From: Dicyema japonicum
Taxonomy: Eukaryota > Animalia > Dicyemida
Length of the DNA stretch: 64,000 nt
Direction of reading: 5' to 3'
Assembly (NCBI GenBank): GCA_011109175.1
Contig: RDEW01000039.1
Span: 217,681-281,680, forward strand
Shown here: positions 13,070 to 26,449 of the stretch, piece by piece
Layout: every line of letters begins with the position of its first letter
Position numbering within the stretch: position 1 is the stretch's first letter
The notes under the pieces: model-generated
The model's input: only the letters and a program-made list of their open reading frames with translations
Database searches by the model: none
Told to the model about the DNA's origin: nothing
Program-made: the position numbers and the translations under genes

Positions 13070-15120
13070 ATTTCAAAATTCAATTATAATAATCAATTTA
13101 TTAATTAAAATTATTGAAATTAGAAAACTAATACATATAACGTGGAGTAATCAATATTTTAAAGAATATAAATATATTGAAACGTAAACTACCTGCAACC
13201 GCAGTTATTCATACGTATATTCCATAATTAATTTGATACAGGCAATGGATGACGAATCAAACTACTTTTGATGACTTGTATGAATAATTTATAAAGTATA
13301 TATAAGATATGATGAGTAATAGAATATTATTATTAGAATCCACAAATATCGTGCATTCTTCAACTAGTTAATAGTTAGGATTTGAAACGACAAGAGAATG
13401 TAGAAAGAAAACGACAAAAGAAATGGTGAGGAAATAATAATGCAACCAAATATCAATATATGGGAATTAAATAATAGACAATTGCATCAAAACAAGGTAA
13501 TAAATGGAAAATTCAATATAAAATAACAAAAATATGTATTAATGTAATGATATTTATGGGAAATTACCGAGTAATTTCTGGCTATTATTCCGTAATAATG
13601 TTGCTTTTAATACAACAGTATTTCATATTGTTTATAGAAAACTGTCATATTTTATAATTAGTATGGATTTAAATTATTGATATAAAGTGAAATATAAATT
13701 TACAAAAATATGTATAATGTAACGATATTTATGGGAAATTACAGAGTAATTTCTGGCTGCAATACCGTAATAATGTAGCCTTTTGATACAAAAGTGTTTC
13801 ATGATGTTTATTGAAGGCTGTCATCAATATAATAAAGCAAGTATTAAAATTGTGATTTAAATTAAAATATAAATTTACAAAAATATGTATTAATGAAACG
13901 ATATTTATGGAAATTACAGAGTAATTTCTGACTCTAATACCGTAATAATGTTGCCTTTTGATACAACAGTATTTCATGTTGTTGCTTGAAGGCAGTCATA
14001 AATATAATAAGGCATGCATTAAAATTAGTTATTTAAAGTAAAATATAAATTTACAAATATATGCTTTGATGTCACGATATTCGATTGAAAGAAGACTGAT
14101 TTCTTTTGTATGCTGTAATTCAGGTTAATTAGCTCAATTAGCTAAATATTCAACACTAATACCTTTATTATATTTATGAATACCAATACGATTCAACATT
14201 AAAATCTCGACACATGTTTATTTATGTAATTTCTAAACAATGTGTATTTATAGTATTACTTACATAACATATTCTTACATAACATACGTAATTAATAATA
14301 TAACTGTTATGCAATCTCTATAGTGGTTTGTTTAAAATTAGAGAGAATACTGACTCAAATGCTAAAGAATGGACAAGAATGATTTGGTAGTTAATTATCT
14401 GAGAGAAGTGTCACTCCTATTGATTAGGAGTATCAAGAGTTATTAAATATGATTTATTTTGTTCGTTTTTTAATAAATTCTCTTTACATATAGCAAGATT
14501 TCATGACCTATAACTAGTATTCTCTTGATTGTAGGGATGACTAGTATTCTCTTGACTCTAATATATTTTACTTACAAGAATATATTTTTAACATTAAAAA
14601 CCTATAGTACAGCTGGTATCATTCGATTTCCTACACTCCAAGGTTCATCAGTAGATTAATTTTCATCCTCGTCGACATTTGTAATTCCTCGTCTGTATTT
14701 GATTATTTATATAGCTGAGGACATTCTTTTTCATTTTTGAACCACGTGATCTTGGACTGAAATATATTAAGCACTGGTCTATTTTCTATAAGTTTTCCAT
14801 ATGCTAGAACAGAGTTCAAAGAATAACCAAAACTATAATTTTGGACAAGCAAGGAACAATACTATGTGAAGCCGGGGTTTTATTGGGGTGCGGTTGATCT
14901 GTATTTTCTGGCTGAACTCAAAGTCTGATGAAATCAGATCTGAAGGTCTTGTGATCGAATACGATAGATGGAGTTTTCTGCGAAATCAATTCTAGTCAAG
15001 CAGATCCCATCCGTGAGCGACGAGTTCCTCTGGCATGATCAGTAGTTGAAAGGGATCTTCCTACAATCTCCCTGACAAAATCATCTTGTGAAGACTATCT
15101 ATTATGAAAACTCTTTCGCT
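13070..15120 (+). repeat. Direct-orientation duplicated block homologous to 4130-5770 (parts also to 2745-3065)
   Basis: Collinear matches: caattcaattata..cgtaaactacc, the 176-bp array, taactagtattctcttg, and cctacactccaaggttcatcag through ...gatcgaatacgatagatggagttttctgcg. Confidence 0.88.
13520..14060. repeat. Tandem array, about 3 copies of the same 175-bp unit
   Basis: The anchor gaaattac(c/a)gag occurs at 13560, 13735 and 13910. Confidence 0.92.
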
Positions 15121-16714
15121 GTTGGACTACATAATTATCAAAAAATTGTTCATTTTAATTTAAAATTATCTTGTTAGGTTGTAAAATTAAATGACCTAAG
15201 AGATGCCTTGTATGTGGAAACTTGGTGAACCTTGTTACCACAGCATCCACTTGCATTACGAGAACTACCTACTGATCCAATGAAAGTGTAACATCTACCG
15301 ATCTCATAATGACCTCTGCCTTCATAACAGACAACAATGTCATTTTTATAGAAATCGTCAGGGAGATGGATTTTCAATTCTGAGAGCGGTCAGTCTTGAC
15401 TAAAGGGAGCTATTAGTAGCTGCTCACTGTTCGTGTATTTTCGAGGAAGAAACTACCATTTTCAGATTGTGACACGGAAGAACTAAATGGATTCCCTTGT
15501 TTTTGTTAAAACCGGAAGAATCTGCAGCCATTTCTTCTTATTGACGACTGCGACAGTTGAGTGACGAATGTAGGATCCGTTGGAATAGAGTATCTTCGTG
15601 TCGGAACCTGATTTTATCCAACGACACCAGGAGAGTGCATTCCTCCATGAAAAACACTCATACTTCATAGCGGGAACCAATTTGACCGCATAATTTATAT
15701 ATGCAATCTTTTACTGGGTACGAGCTCTTCATAAAATTTCCTATAAGACATTAAACTCACTTTTAGTAGGAACTTTCAGAAATTGTTAATTAATCAATTA
15801 ATTAAATTATTCCAAAGACAAAGGGTAAAACCAAACAACTCGGTCATCCAACTCCAATACATCTGACTTTTTACAAAGATCACTTTTCTTCTATCATCGA
15901 CTAGTTGAAGTGTCAAATTCAAACCATCTTTGTCCATTTTTATTACCAGCTTAAATATAAAAAACAATAAAAATTATATTGATTCATCAAGGTCAAACAT
16001 CAATCAAACCGACTCGGTCCGGTTGTGTCGTGGAAAACCAAGTTTAGTAAACTTGGTAGACTAGTTGATTCTTGCCCTTAAAGATACTGTCCTTTGCCAA
16101 TGGTTATGGGTGCTGGTACCAAGACCATTGGTGCTACTTACGTGTTCTCGAGTCGAAAGAGTTTCAATGCCAAGATACACAGTACAAGGCCATATTACAA
16201 GACGATCCGAAAATACACATTACAAGAGCCAAATTATAATACGGACATTCGTGCTACTTTCATGTTCTCAATTCGAAAGAGTTTCAAGGTGAAAATACAC
16301 ATTACAAAGTGGAAAAAACATACTGGGGAAGGGACCTACTAAGGGAAAACTAACTGGATATAGGCTTATTAGTTTTGTACCAACTACGCTCTAGATATAA
16401 GAGCAGGATTCATGTGATCCAACACTAGGACGAGATTAAAATGGAGATGGGGTGCATCGAAAGTGTCCAGGCCGCATAGGCGGACAAGTTTAAATATCCC
16501 TTAAACTAACTCCTTAATTCCTGTTGAATAAATTGTTTTCGGTTCGGTTTGATTTTGTAGCGGAAGATCGGGAATTTCTAGAAGTTATAATGGAGAAAGT
16601 TATAACAATTTTGATTAAATGGTCACTCAAAGTCAATAAAGCATTCATAGAAGCAAAAAAAAATTGGGAACTGCTGAGTGTATGGCTGATACGAAATTAA
16701 TAGAAAGTCAGGGA

Positions 16715-18862
16715 AGTTGAAACGGGAAAAGTACGCGGTCCTACCCGCGGATTTTTTGTTTGTCTCACTCGCCGTTGAAACGTCTGATTCTCTTGCGCAT
16801 GGGACGTTGGAATTTTTCAGTCGAATCGTAGGCTACACCAGGGGTTTTCAACCTGGGGTCGATTCGACCCTCAGGGGTCTAAAATCAATCCAGATCGATC
16901 GTAAGGGGGTCGAAAATGAAATATTTGGGGGTCGAAAATAAATTTAATAAATTTAATCTTTTTTAATTTAAATTAAGTTAGTTTATTTTTAAAGTGGTAA
17001 ATTTTTGTTCTTTAAAATTTTTCAAATTACCATGCTTGTTTTTGTTTGTGTATGAGTCGTCCTTCTACATTAAAAATTCGTCAATATAAAAATGAATATT
17101 TGGCATTTGGATTTATAAAAAAATTCTTTTGATGATAGACCATATTGCCTAATGTGTAACAAGACATTATCAATGATGCAATGAAACCGTCCAAATTGTT
17201 GGATCATCTTAGGAGAAAACATTCGGATAAAAAAGATAAACCATTAGAGTATTTTGAAGAATTAAAGGATTCTTTTCGTAAACAAAAAACGATTGACACT
17301 GTTTTTACAAATAGTAGTGAAAGAAACAATAGTTGTTGTTATTTTAAATTATATTTAGGAGGACTAATTGCATCCTATAAAATTGCAATGATTATTGCCA
17401 AAAATGAGAGTTCCCATGTTTCTGGTGAAAATCTCATTAAACCATCTATATCAGTGATTCTATCAGATCTGATGGGTTTAAATCCCGACGAAATTTTAAA
17501 ATCCGTGCCAATTAGCAATGATTCAATTCGCCGCAGGATTGACGAAATGTCAGATAATGTTGAACATATTTTATGTGAAAGGCTTCAAAAGCTCTTTCAC
17601 CAATTCTACATGAAACGTTAAATATAGTTATTAAAACCATAAACAAAATTAAAGCAAGTATGATCGTCTTTTTAGAAAATTTTGCTATGGAGCTAAAGAA
17701 ACATATGTCCGTCTTGTGCTTTACACTGAGGTTATAGTTTCCACTTTTATTTTATAGGTACGATGGTTATCAAAAAGAAATGCATTAGAACGATTTTCAA
17801 TATTATTTGACACAATCGTAAATTTTCTTACTTCTGAGGGTGATAAAAATTTAGCAGATTTAATTGTATCGAAAAAGAAAGAAATTGTTTATTTGACTTG
17901 GATTATTGGAAAATTTAATAAAATTTCATTAGAACTTCAGGGAAGGTATGTGACGTTAATAAATTGTAAAAGAATTATTCAAATATTTATCGAAAAAATT
18001 AAGTTATATAAATATAACTTGGAGAAAAGAAATTATTATAACATTCCCGAATTCCACTCAATTGGTCAAACATTTAATGAAGATATTAACAACTTTTTGC
18101 AACATTTATTAATAAGCATAGAAAAAGATTTGATTCTTCGATTCCAAGATATTCTTGAATTAGAAATTTCATCTTGGATGATTAATCCGTTTTTGTCAAA
18201 GCCAGAAAAACAAAAAGAAAATATTAAAGAAGAATTAATTATGTTAAAATTTAATCCAGAATTAAAACTATATTATAATGATTCACAATCACCTGTTATT
18301 TTTCGGCAAAATATGAAATTGAAAGAGAGTTATCCAAAATTGTGGACAGAAATAACACAATTGCTACTCTATTTTCTGTTGAATGTAAATTTAGCGTTCT
18401 ACATCGAATTATAAATAAAGAACGAAACAGATTGGATGTGTCCATTAGAGGAGTTATTCGTTCAAAAATATCACAAATAGAGCCAGATATAGAATCTTTG
18501 GTCAAAAAACATCAGTCACGGGGATCCCATTGGTATTTAATTCTTTTTTATTATAGATTTAGGCTAAGATACCAACTTAACATCGATTATATACTTTTTT
18601 GTATGATTTGATTATTAACAATGAATTCATATAGTTAACTAATTTTACTTAGAATTGTCTGTTCTAAATAAAAAAGTTTTAAGGGGTCGATTAAATATTA
18701 AGGAGGTCGAAAAAAAGTCAAGGGGTCGACGAGTAAAAAAAGGTTGAGAACCCCTGGGCTACACGATCAGTAGACCATCTTGAGCGCTGCTGGTTATTTG
18801 ATCGAATCTCGCATGCCATCCTGAAAGAGAATAGCCACGCAGTCAGGGCAGTCACTATATGA
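16715..18862 (+). mobile_element. 3' (RLE) remnant of a CRE-clade non-LTR retrotransposon, split by the hAT insertion
   Basis: Removing the hAT and one TSD joins KREKYAVLPADFLFVSLAVETS..LEFFSRIV to ERCWLFDRISHAILKENSHAV, matching the CRE C-terminal pattern KYxxL...F.P.AVET...FQRISIAIQRGN. Confidence 0.7.
16839..18756 (+). mobile_element. hAT DNA transposon (Buster/ZBED5-ZBED8-like), internally deleted
   Basis: TIRs caggggttttcaacct / aggttgagaacccctg (15 of 16 match) and a perfect 8-bp TSD ggctacac (16831-16838 and 18757-18764). Transposase remnants MKPSKLLDHLRRKH, SHVSGENLIKP and SNDSIRRRIDEMS, plus C-terminal dimerisation-like ORFs. Confidence 0.93.
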
Positions 18863-21800
18863 AAATTTTGAAGTTAAAAATGCAAAAATATCAAAAATAT
18901 AAAAAGTTTAATTTATACTTCTGTTGTTACAAGTTTATGTTATTTTTCTCTAGATTAATTTATTCCTTCGATTACTGATTCATCCGTGAAAAAAAAGAAG
19001 TAGTATATAACGATAATTGATAGTGGTGGAGTATAAGCCATGGGTATCACTTGTGATAATTATCTATTCTCCTTCGATTAACCTTTTGCCAAAAATATTG
19101 TTATTTAATAATTTTAGATGTAAATTCTGTCATCTTTTTTATTAAATTATTATATCCAATTTATTTGTGTTTCAAAGATCAAATCACATTATGGAGATGT
19201 CAACTAATCGAGAGTAAAGGAATCAGGTGTAAGAGCAAAAATAAGAAGAGTTTTTTTTCAAAAGTTTAACAGTCTTCAGACGTAGTTGTCACAAAATAGG
19301 ATACCTGATTAAATTAATAAGAATACTACTCTTCATATCTTCCTGAAATAGTTTGGATTAAAAATTCTATTTTTTTATATTTTGCGGTTAACCTAAAAAA
19401 TGTTTTCTTGAGCAAATACGTGATATCATCAATGGAAACATGTTAAGATAATCCATTTTTATTTGTTTCCGTCGTCATATACGAGTTGATTCTACAATGT
19501 CGACATAGCAGGAATCTCCACTAAAGAGACCACAGAACATTTATTTGTCAGCATGGGGTCTTCTGTTATCTATACCCTCAGCGTCTGGAGGACCTATCGG
19601 AAAATCCGTTACTATTTGATAAATTCGTTTGGTCCACCTAGTTTTCACACAGGGCGTGATAGTTCAATGGTAAATAATAATTAAAAAACAACTACATCTT
19701 GTATTTTAACAATTCATAAATCAAATTTCTGTTACTCAGGCAAATTTCAACATAAAAATCTTATACAAAAATGTGTGTTATTGCAATGAAGCAATTGGAA
19801 AAATAAAGATGAGACAATCGATAACCACCAAAGGATCCAATAATAGAGGAACAGGAGAAGTATCAAATCGAGTGTATTTATTATTCTATTTGCACATCTG
19901 CATGGCCAAAAGATGAGAAGCGAAAAAGGAACAATAGATAATTCATCCTGCTGATTACAATCTTGCCCCCATTACAAACACACTTAATGGGAGATGTTCA
20001 AAAATGGAGAGTTTAAAGTATTACTTTGTAGGTTATAAAGGCCAATGTATCGAGCACTGAGGGATAAATGCCCCTTCTTGTCAGCAAGACCAAAAATCAA
20101 GAATACCTCACAGCGTTTGGCACAACACTACATATAGAGATAACTGTGAAGAGTTTTGTTGCAAAGATACAACCCAACTATAGAAGGGATTATGATGAAA
20201 GGCTGAATGCAAAAAAAAAGTGTTTTAGAGATACAAAAGAAATAAAAACCACTGGTATGTAGATCGGAGATTAACCACATAACTAAGATAATGAAGAACA
20301 CACTTTGTGAGAGCCGTAAATGATTAAATGTATTTCAGGGAATTAGATTGTACTTGTTAACTTCTTGACTACCTGCTGTTCAAACATGTCTACGCCAATA
20401 AAAGCGGCCTGGTGTAGTAATGACAAAATGGAAAGTGTTAAGAACAAGGTAGGTGTCGAAAAAAACACTCAAATATTTAACGAGATGTATTTAGACATTG
20501 AGATGAGGATTATCTTGATCCGTTAATTAACACTCTCTATAAAAATTATGATATAGTAGTGAATTTGACAAAGAACGATGAAAATATTAAAAAATCATCA
20601 AGTTGCAGAAATCAACGAATGTTTCCTCAAGATATTCCTGATTGCACAATGGAAACGCTTATCAAAGCGATATAGAAATTGTAAAAATTTATATTTTTGA
20701 TACAAAAATTGGTTATCAAAAAATATAATATATTCAATTATAAAAAATTCAACATGAACCAAAATAAAATGTACATTACATGATTTCTTCATAATTAAAA
20801 GCAGCATGATGAATAAAGTGATAAATCAAAGATTTATTTGATAAAAGTTTGACTAATCTTGCACTTTCAATAATGAAAAATTTTATTATAAGCAAGTATT
20901 ATTTTATTTTAAAATAAAATAAAAATATAAAACAAATAAGATGAACGACAACAAGAGTCAATGTTGAGGTTTATATAATAAAGGTTATTGATTATGGTTG
21001 ACCATATTAAAATATAAATAATTATTAATATAATTAAATAAATTATACTCGTGGGAACATTCCAGATCTCTGAACATAAGCGAAAGAACCTATACGGTTA
21101 TACGTAAAACTTTTGAGTCGATGATTGTTTCATACAGGAATAAGACGGGTTTTGTCGAAAGAACTAAGGAGCTAAAGAAGAAAATAAATAATATCCATAC
21201 GAGAATGGATAACAAAGACTCTTAGGACGACGGAACAAGTAATTTGGACTGCTCAGAACCGAAATTTGTGGATGATCTAGAGTGTGTTGGAGAACCCCAA
21301 ATACTAAATTGCTCGTAGAAAAGACGTCTTGTTGGATATGAAATTCCTATGAATAAGTCTCTAACAATATTAGGATTAAAGTTGGATACTCTCCTGACAT
21401 TTGTCAATGACATTATTACCAAAGTCAGGAGAGGACCAACATATTGAAAATTTTACCCGATCATTAATCGGCATAACACCTTCTTACTACATAAAATTTA
21501 CTGCCAGTATTCGAATATGCATGTCCTTTTTGGAGCTCGATGATTTATGAATTGTCGTCTCAAAAATTAATTTTTTCTAATCCGGTGATCTTGGGGTAAA
21601 AAAGAAAAAAAGAAATTGACTCCAAGGATTGACACCAATTACTTGGAAAGAATTATCCGACGAGATAATTGTTGCAGAATTTGTAATAATCCCAACAACG
21701 GAAATCAGGATGTTAACGTCAAGCAATCGGAAAAACAAACATTTTCGATCCTTAAGTTGAGGTTTTTTGAATATCGAATACAGTACATGTGAAACAATTA

Positions 21801-22859
21801 ATGAAAATTCGTTAGAAGATTCGGAAAACAGTGAACAAGAATACACAAAACCTATAGACGGAAATGATATTGGAGTTATATTAACTGGAATACACAGAAA
21901 ACTCTTATCTAATGTTGAGAATGAGCATTAAGTTTTGCTCATTTCTTCAATAAGAAAGTTCAAGCGACCAAAATAGGAGAAGAAAAACATTTAGGGATTC
22001 AATTTTATTATTAAATAGAAAAATTATGGATAATTAAAAGTTAAGTTTTTTTGGTTTTTAATTAATTATTTTTGATTCAGGCGGTTCTATCTTTTTTTAC
22101 CATTATCTGTTTTTGGGTCGTATACTGGTCTGGGGGCTTTTATGAACTCCGGTGTTTGATGAATAAGTCGTGACTAAAATATTTACAATAATTACCTTGT
22201 ATTCCCTGAGTTTATTTACAGAATCCCTTGCGGCCGAAATTTCATCGGTGTATAACTCCCAGTTATACTTTTTGGTTTTGATAGTTTTTTTGGAATGCTC
22301 CTTAGTTACTCCTCTTGAGAATAGTATTGAATCCCATAATTCCTAAAATTAATGCTTACTCTACCTCCTCTGTGTTTAAACTATACGGAATCTTTATAGT
22401 AGTCTTATATAACAGTCGGCTAGTTTTTATTTTTCTGGCAGATTCATTTAATTTAATTTTAGTAGACCCTAAGACTTATTTAATGGACAACTTTTAACAG
22501 CCAAAACAACGTCGTTCTCAGATGCATTGAGCGATAACATTTTTTTGAAGTTGATTATCTCTTGTATATCCACGAAACCTTGGAGATCCATTAAATTTTT
22601 TAAATATGTGTCCCTTATCAAATTTTCCCTAAAGTAAACAAATAATTACAACTCGGAAAAATAATACTCAAGTTGGAATTTTATTGTTTCCAATAATGAA
22701 TTGTATTTTTTTGTTGAATGATTTGAATCTAAATTATAGAAGACTTCACAACCTGACATTGTGAATTTTATGGTTCGTTCTCTTACCGCCTCTTTTATAG
22801 TCGGACATAAGGAACTATTAATTAATAATCCATTTATATTATGCTAATTTCTTACAATT

Positions 22860-25800
22860 TAAATTAGTTTTTGATTAATTTTTTTAATTTAGTAAAAATT
22901 ACCATAATTTAAATTAATATATATTTTATATTATTTTAGTAAAAACATGCAACGTGCGTTCGATTCGGTGGCGTTAAAACTCTCTCGAGTTGGCAAAAAT
23001 GTTGAAAGGAAAAAAGGAGAAGGGTCACTTGCGTTACCTGATGGTATGAATGTAATTCTTGCCATATCCGAGAGCGTTGTGGCAGATGACCCAAAAGAAT
23101 GGGCGAGGCAGGTAGTCCTGCAGGTACGTAGCAGGCTATCTCGAATGCCCTGGAATGGATGGCCATACTTGGCGGAGCTCTGCAGTGGCAGATTCAGTAC
23201 TGCTATATCTGTGAGTGAACTCAAGAAGATGGCTGTAGGCAAAGAGGGTACTGGTCTAAAGGGGCGGGGACCAGGTGACCACAACTGTCAAAGAGAGCAC
23301 GAGCACCAGAGCTGTGATACGTTGCAGCTCAAGCATGTTTATGAGGTCTTTGCGCGGAATCTCGCTGCAGCGGCAGATGTCCCACTTGAGGACCGTAGAT
23401 TTACCCGCAAGATTCCTCATTGTAAGGTTAACGGTGTAGTGTTAACCTGCATCAATAAGGCTGTGGCTTATGCGGTGGAGGCTAAGCCAGTAGGGTCATT
23501 GGGTGACATCTCCCTAGTGCTGTATGCAGCACAGATCACCTATGAGGAATTGACGGACAAGCCCAGACCACCCAGTAAATGGAGGGAGCAGATCTGTGCC
23601 AAGATTGCTTGGAGACAGACTGAGCTGGAAGCACTGGAGGGGCACATAAGTAGTGTGGCGAGAGGGGTTAGAGGAAAAGCACCGGCTATAGTAAAGGGGC
23701 TAATTAGTAAACTCCGTGTTCCCAAATGGGACCTCAAAGAGTTGAGGAGGGCAAAGGTGGAGTTAGAGGGGGCAATAATGGTGTATAAGAGGAAACTCTA
23801 TACACATGAAAGTCGGTGTAAGAGAAGGAGAGAAAATAATCTGTTTGAGTTTAATCGCAGATTGTTTTACCGTCGCCTACACGAAAATGGCCATAGTGTA
23901 TGTTCCCAGCAGGACGCGGAAATGCTTTCCACATGGGGTAGTATGTGGGAGGCTAAACCACGCAGAGGAAATGCGTGGAATGTCCCGTACAGCGCCGCTC
24001 CTTTCTTGGCGGAATCTTGCGGAATTTTCGATTTTCGCAAGAAATTTGAGGCGGTAGTGAGACATCTCCCTGATTGGAAGACGACCGGGGTCGATAAAGT
24101 TTATAATTTCTTTATCAAAAGATGCACTTCATTACACGAGTCTATGTGTCGTGTATTACAGAAAAGCATCACTAACCCGGAAACGATTCCTGATTGGGCA
24201 TGCACAGGGACAACTTATTTGATCCCAAAGCTGGACAACCCCCAGTCTGCTGCAGATTATCGACCGATAACCTGCATGCCAACCCTGTATAAGCTGATGA
24301 CCAAATTGGTGGCTAATGAGGTCAGGAGCTTTGTAGACGCAAATGGGATTCTCTCCGAGAATCAGTTGGGAACTGTGCGAAATTGTCAGGGGGCAAAAGA
24401 GCAGGCTTTGATCAACAAATGCCTTTCTGTGTCTCACGGAAACTCACTTTTGTCTATGTGGGTGGATGTGAAGAAGGCTTACGATTCAGTTGATCATTCT
24501 TACCTTGTCGAGTGCCTACACAGTCTGTGTATGCCTGTGTGGTTCATCAGCTTTGTAGTGGCTGTGATGAATAGGTGGAGTATTCATCTGAACTATAATA
24601 GGCACCGGATAGGCGAGGTAAAACTCAAGAGGGGGATCCTTCAGGGGATAGCATGTCTCCGCTACTCTTTGTTCTCTGTTTGGAGCCATTGAGTCGCCGC
24701 CTCAATGACCGGTTTGAGCAAATACCAGTTCATTGTGAAGGGGTCTGTTTCAGTACAAATCACCTTCTTTTTATCGATGACTGAAGATGTATGCTCGAAC
24801 AGCCGAGGAGCTCTACTCCATGGGGGTCTGTGCCAGGGAATTCTTTGAGAGTATAGGGCTAGATTTGAATTATTCAAAGTCTGCGACTAACACGCAAGTA
24901 TGTAGCGAGTTAGTAAGAGTCCTAGAGGAACACGAAGGATATAAGTATCTGGGTGTTACCGAATCTCCAAAGTCCCTTATAATGCCTGAGACAAAGCGAC
25001 AAATTACTGAAGGCATCCGTAAAAGAGCAGCGTTATTGTGTAAGACGTCTCTAAATGCAAGGAATTTGTTCCTAGCATTAAATGAGTATGCTGTCTCGCT
25101 GCTAAACTACTACATAGGTGTTGTGGAGTTTGAGCCCAAAGAGTATGATGAGATGGATGTTATGATCCGTGGAGTACTCAGAGAGAACCATGTCCATGTG
25201 TTGGCAGCCAATAAGGAGAGACTATATTTACCCCGTGATAAATTCGGCCGTGGACTGTGTGGAGTAGTCCAACTAAGTGAGCGTATCCTAATGCGAATGC
25301 ACGACACCCTGATAGCTGGGTCAAGTGTGTCTGCTAGGAAGCACGCCATAATAACGACCGAGAAAACACGGGCAACCCACCTAGGCACTATCAGACCTTT
25401 TTTGTCTGCTAAGTATGGTGTTGATGATGGTGGGCTAGTAAATGTGAAGGCGTTGATCGAATTACAATATAATAATTTGATGGAAAAGATCAACTTAAAA
25501 AGCCTTCATAAGGTCCTCTTCAGAGCATTGGACAACCCACATGTCGACCTTAAGTCGTCGACAATATGGCTAAAATACGGTGACAACTCACCTCGATCGG
25601 AGGCGTTGTACACGTATATGCAAGACCGCAATATTTTTTGGGGTCGATCAACAAATACATGTCCCCTTTGTAAGTCAAGGAGCATGTCGATTGATCATTT
25701 AGCCACTCGGTGCAGATCCATGCTCTCCCACGACTATGTGTGGAAGCACAACGAGGTAGTAAGGAATCTTCATCTTCTACTAAGCGATAAGTATGGTATT

Positions 25801-26400
25801 TACCACACCAAAAAGTTGCGGACTCATAAGGTGCAATCTGTAGTAGAGAACATCAGGGTCCAAATTAGGGTGAACAGTGTTATCCGTACCTCGGTGCTAG
25901 TCAAGCACAATAAACCGGACATTGTGGTACACGATAAGAAGTCTGGCCAAGTCCTTATCATAGAGGTTGGCATTACGTCTCAAGACAGTTTGCAGACTGT
26001 AGAGGTGGAGAAAAAAAGGAAGTATGACTTGTTTGCAAACGTGATGGGGCAGATGTTTGGTTGCAAGGTCCTTGTTATTTCAATAGTAATGACGTGGGAA
26101 GGAATTGCAACAAAGTTCCACAAGGGTTATCTGAAGCAGTTGGAGTAGATAGGAAGCTCCAGGCCTATCTACAGTCCACTGTGTTAAAGCGGACCCTAGA
26201 GAGCCTGACACTGGAGTATAGAGGGCAGAGCCCGGAGATGCCATATGGGCAGAGGGTTCAATTGGACAAGGCGCTCTCGGAGTTGTTTCAGCAACCAGAA
26301 TCGAACCTGCCTGAGGAGGCTGGCGAACAGGCAGGCGAGGAAGGTTGTTGATTAAATATATTAACTTTTTTTATTGTTTGTTAAATAAAGTGGGGTGTTT
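22860..26400 (+). mobile_element. Near full-length non-LTR retrotransposon, R2 superfamily with restriction-like endonuclease (R4/Dong-like), single long ORF
   Basis: RT motifs YRPITCMPTLYKL, QLGTVRNCQGAKEQ, WVDVKKAYDSVDH, RGILQGDSMSPLLF, HLLFIDD(L)KMY and YKYLG. CCHC finger CPLC..IDHLATRC. PD-(D/E)xK endonuclease KPDIVVHDK..LIIEVGITS..KKRKYD. The 5' boundary is approximate. Confidence 0.9.
22947..26351 (+). CDS. Retrotransposon polyprotein (RT + zinc finger + RLE), interrupted by three 1-nt frameshifts
   Basis: ORFs 22947-24692, 24787-26148 and 26061-26351 join into one frame if a single base is restored at about 24645 (G run), 24781 and 26142 (GG). Confidence 0.8.
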
Positions 26401-26449
26401 ATATATTATTTAGTTAAATTAGAATTTCTATTAATACTTAATGGTATAA

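Noticed and set aside
15195-15240. RFTKFPHTRHL as an RNA-ligase-like motif
   Set aside because: Differences between the two copies are synonymous in another frame (HQVSTYKASLR) and non-synonymous in this one.
22931-25493. Antisense ORFs over the retroelement (22931, 23540, 24156, 25110) and over IQGAP (60127, 62100, 62272)
   Set aside because: These are shadow ORFs of GC-richer coding sequence with no independent motifs.
24640-26150. Programmed ribosomal frameshifting in the retroelement ORF
   Set aside because: The breaks fall inside conserved RT and RLE motifs, lack slippery heptamers, and the same +1 pattern occurs in IQGAP. Error or mutation is a simpler explanation.
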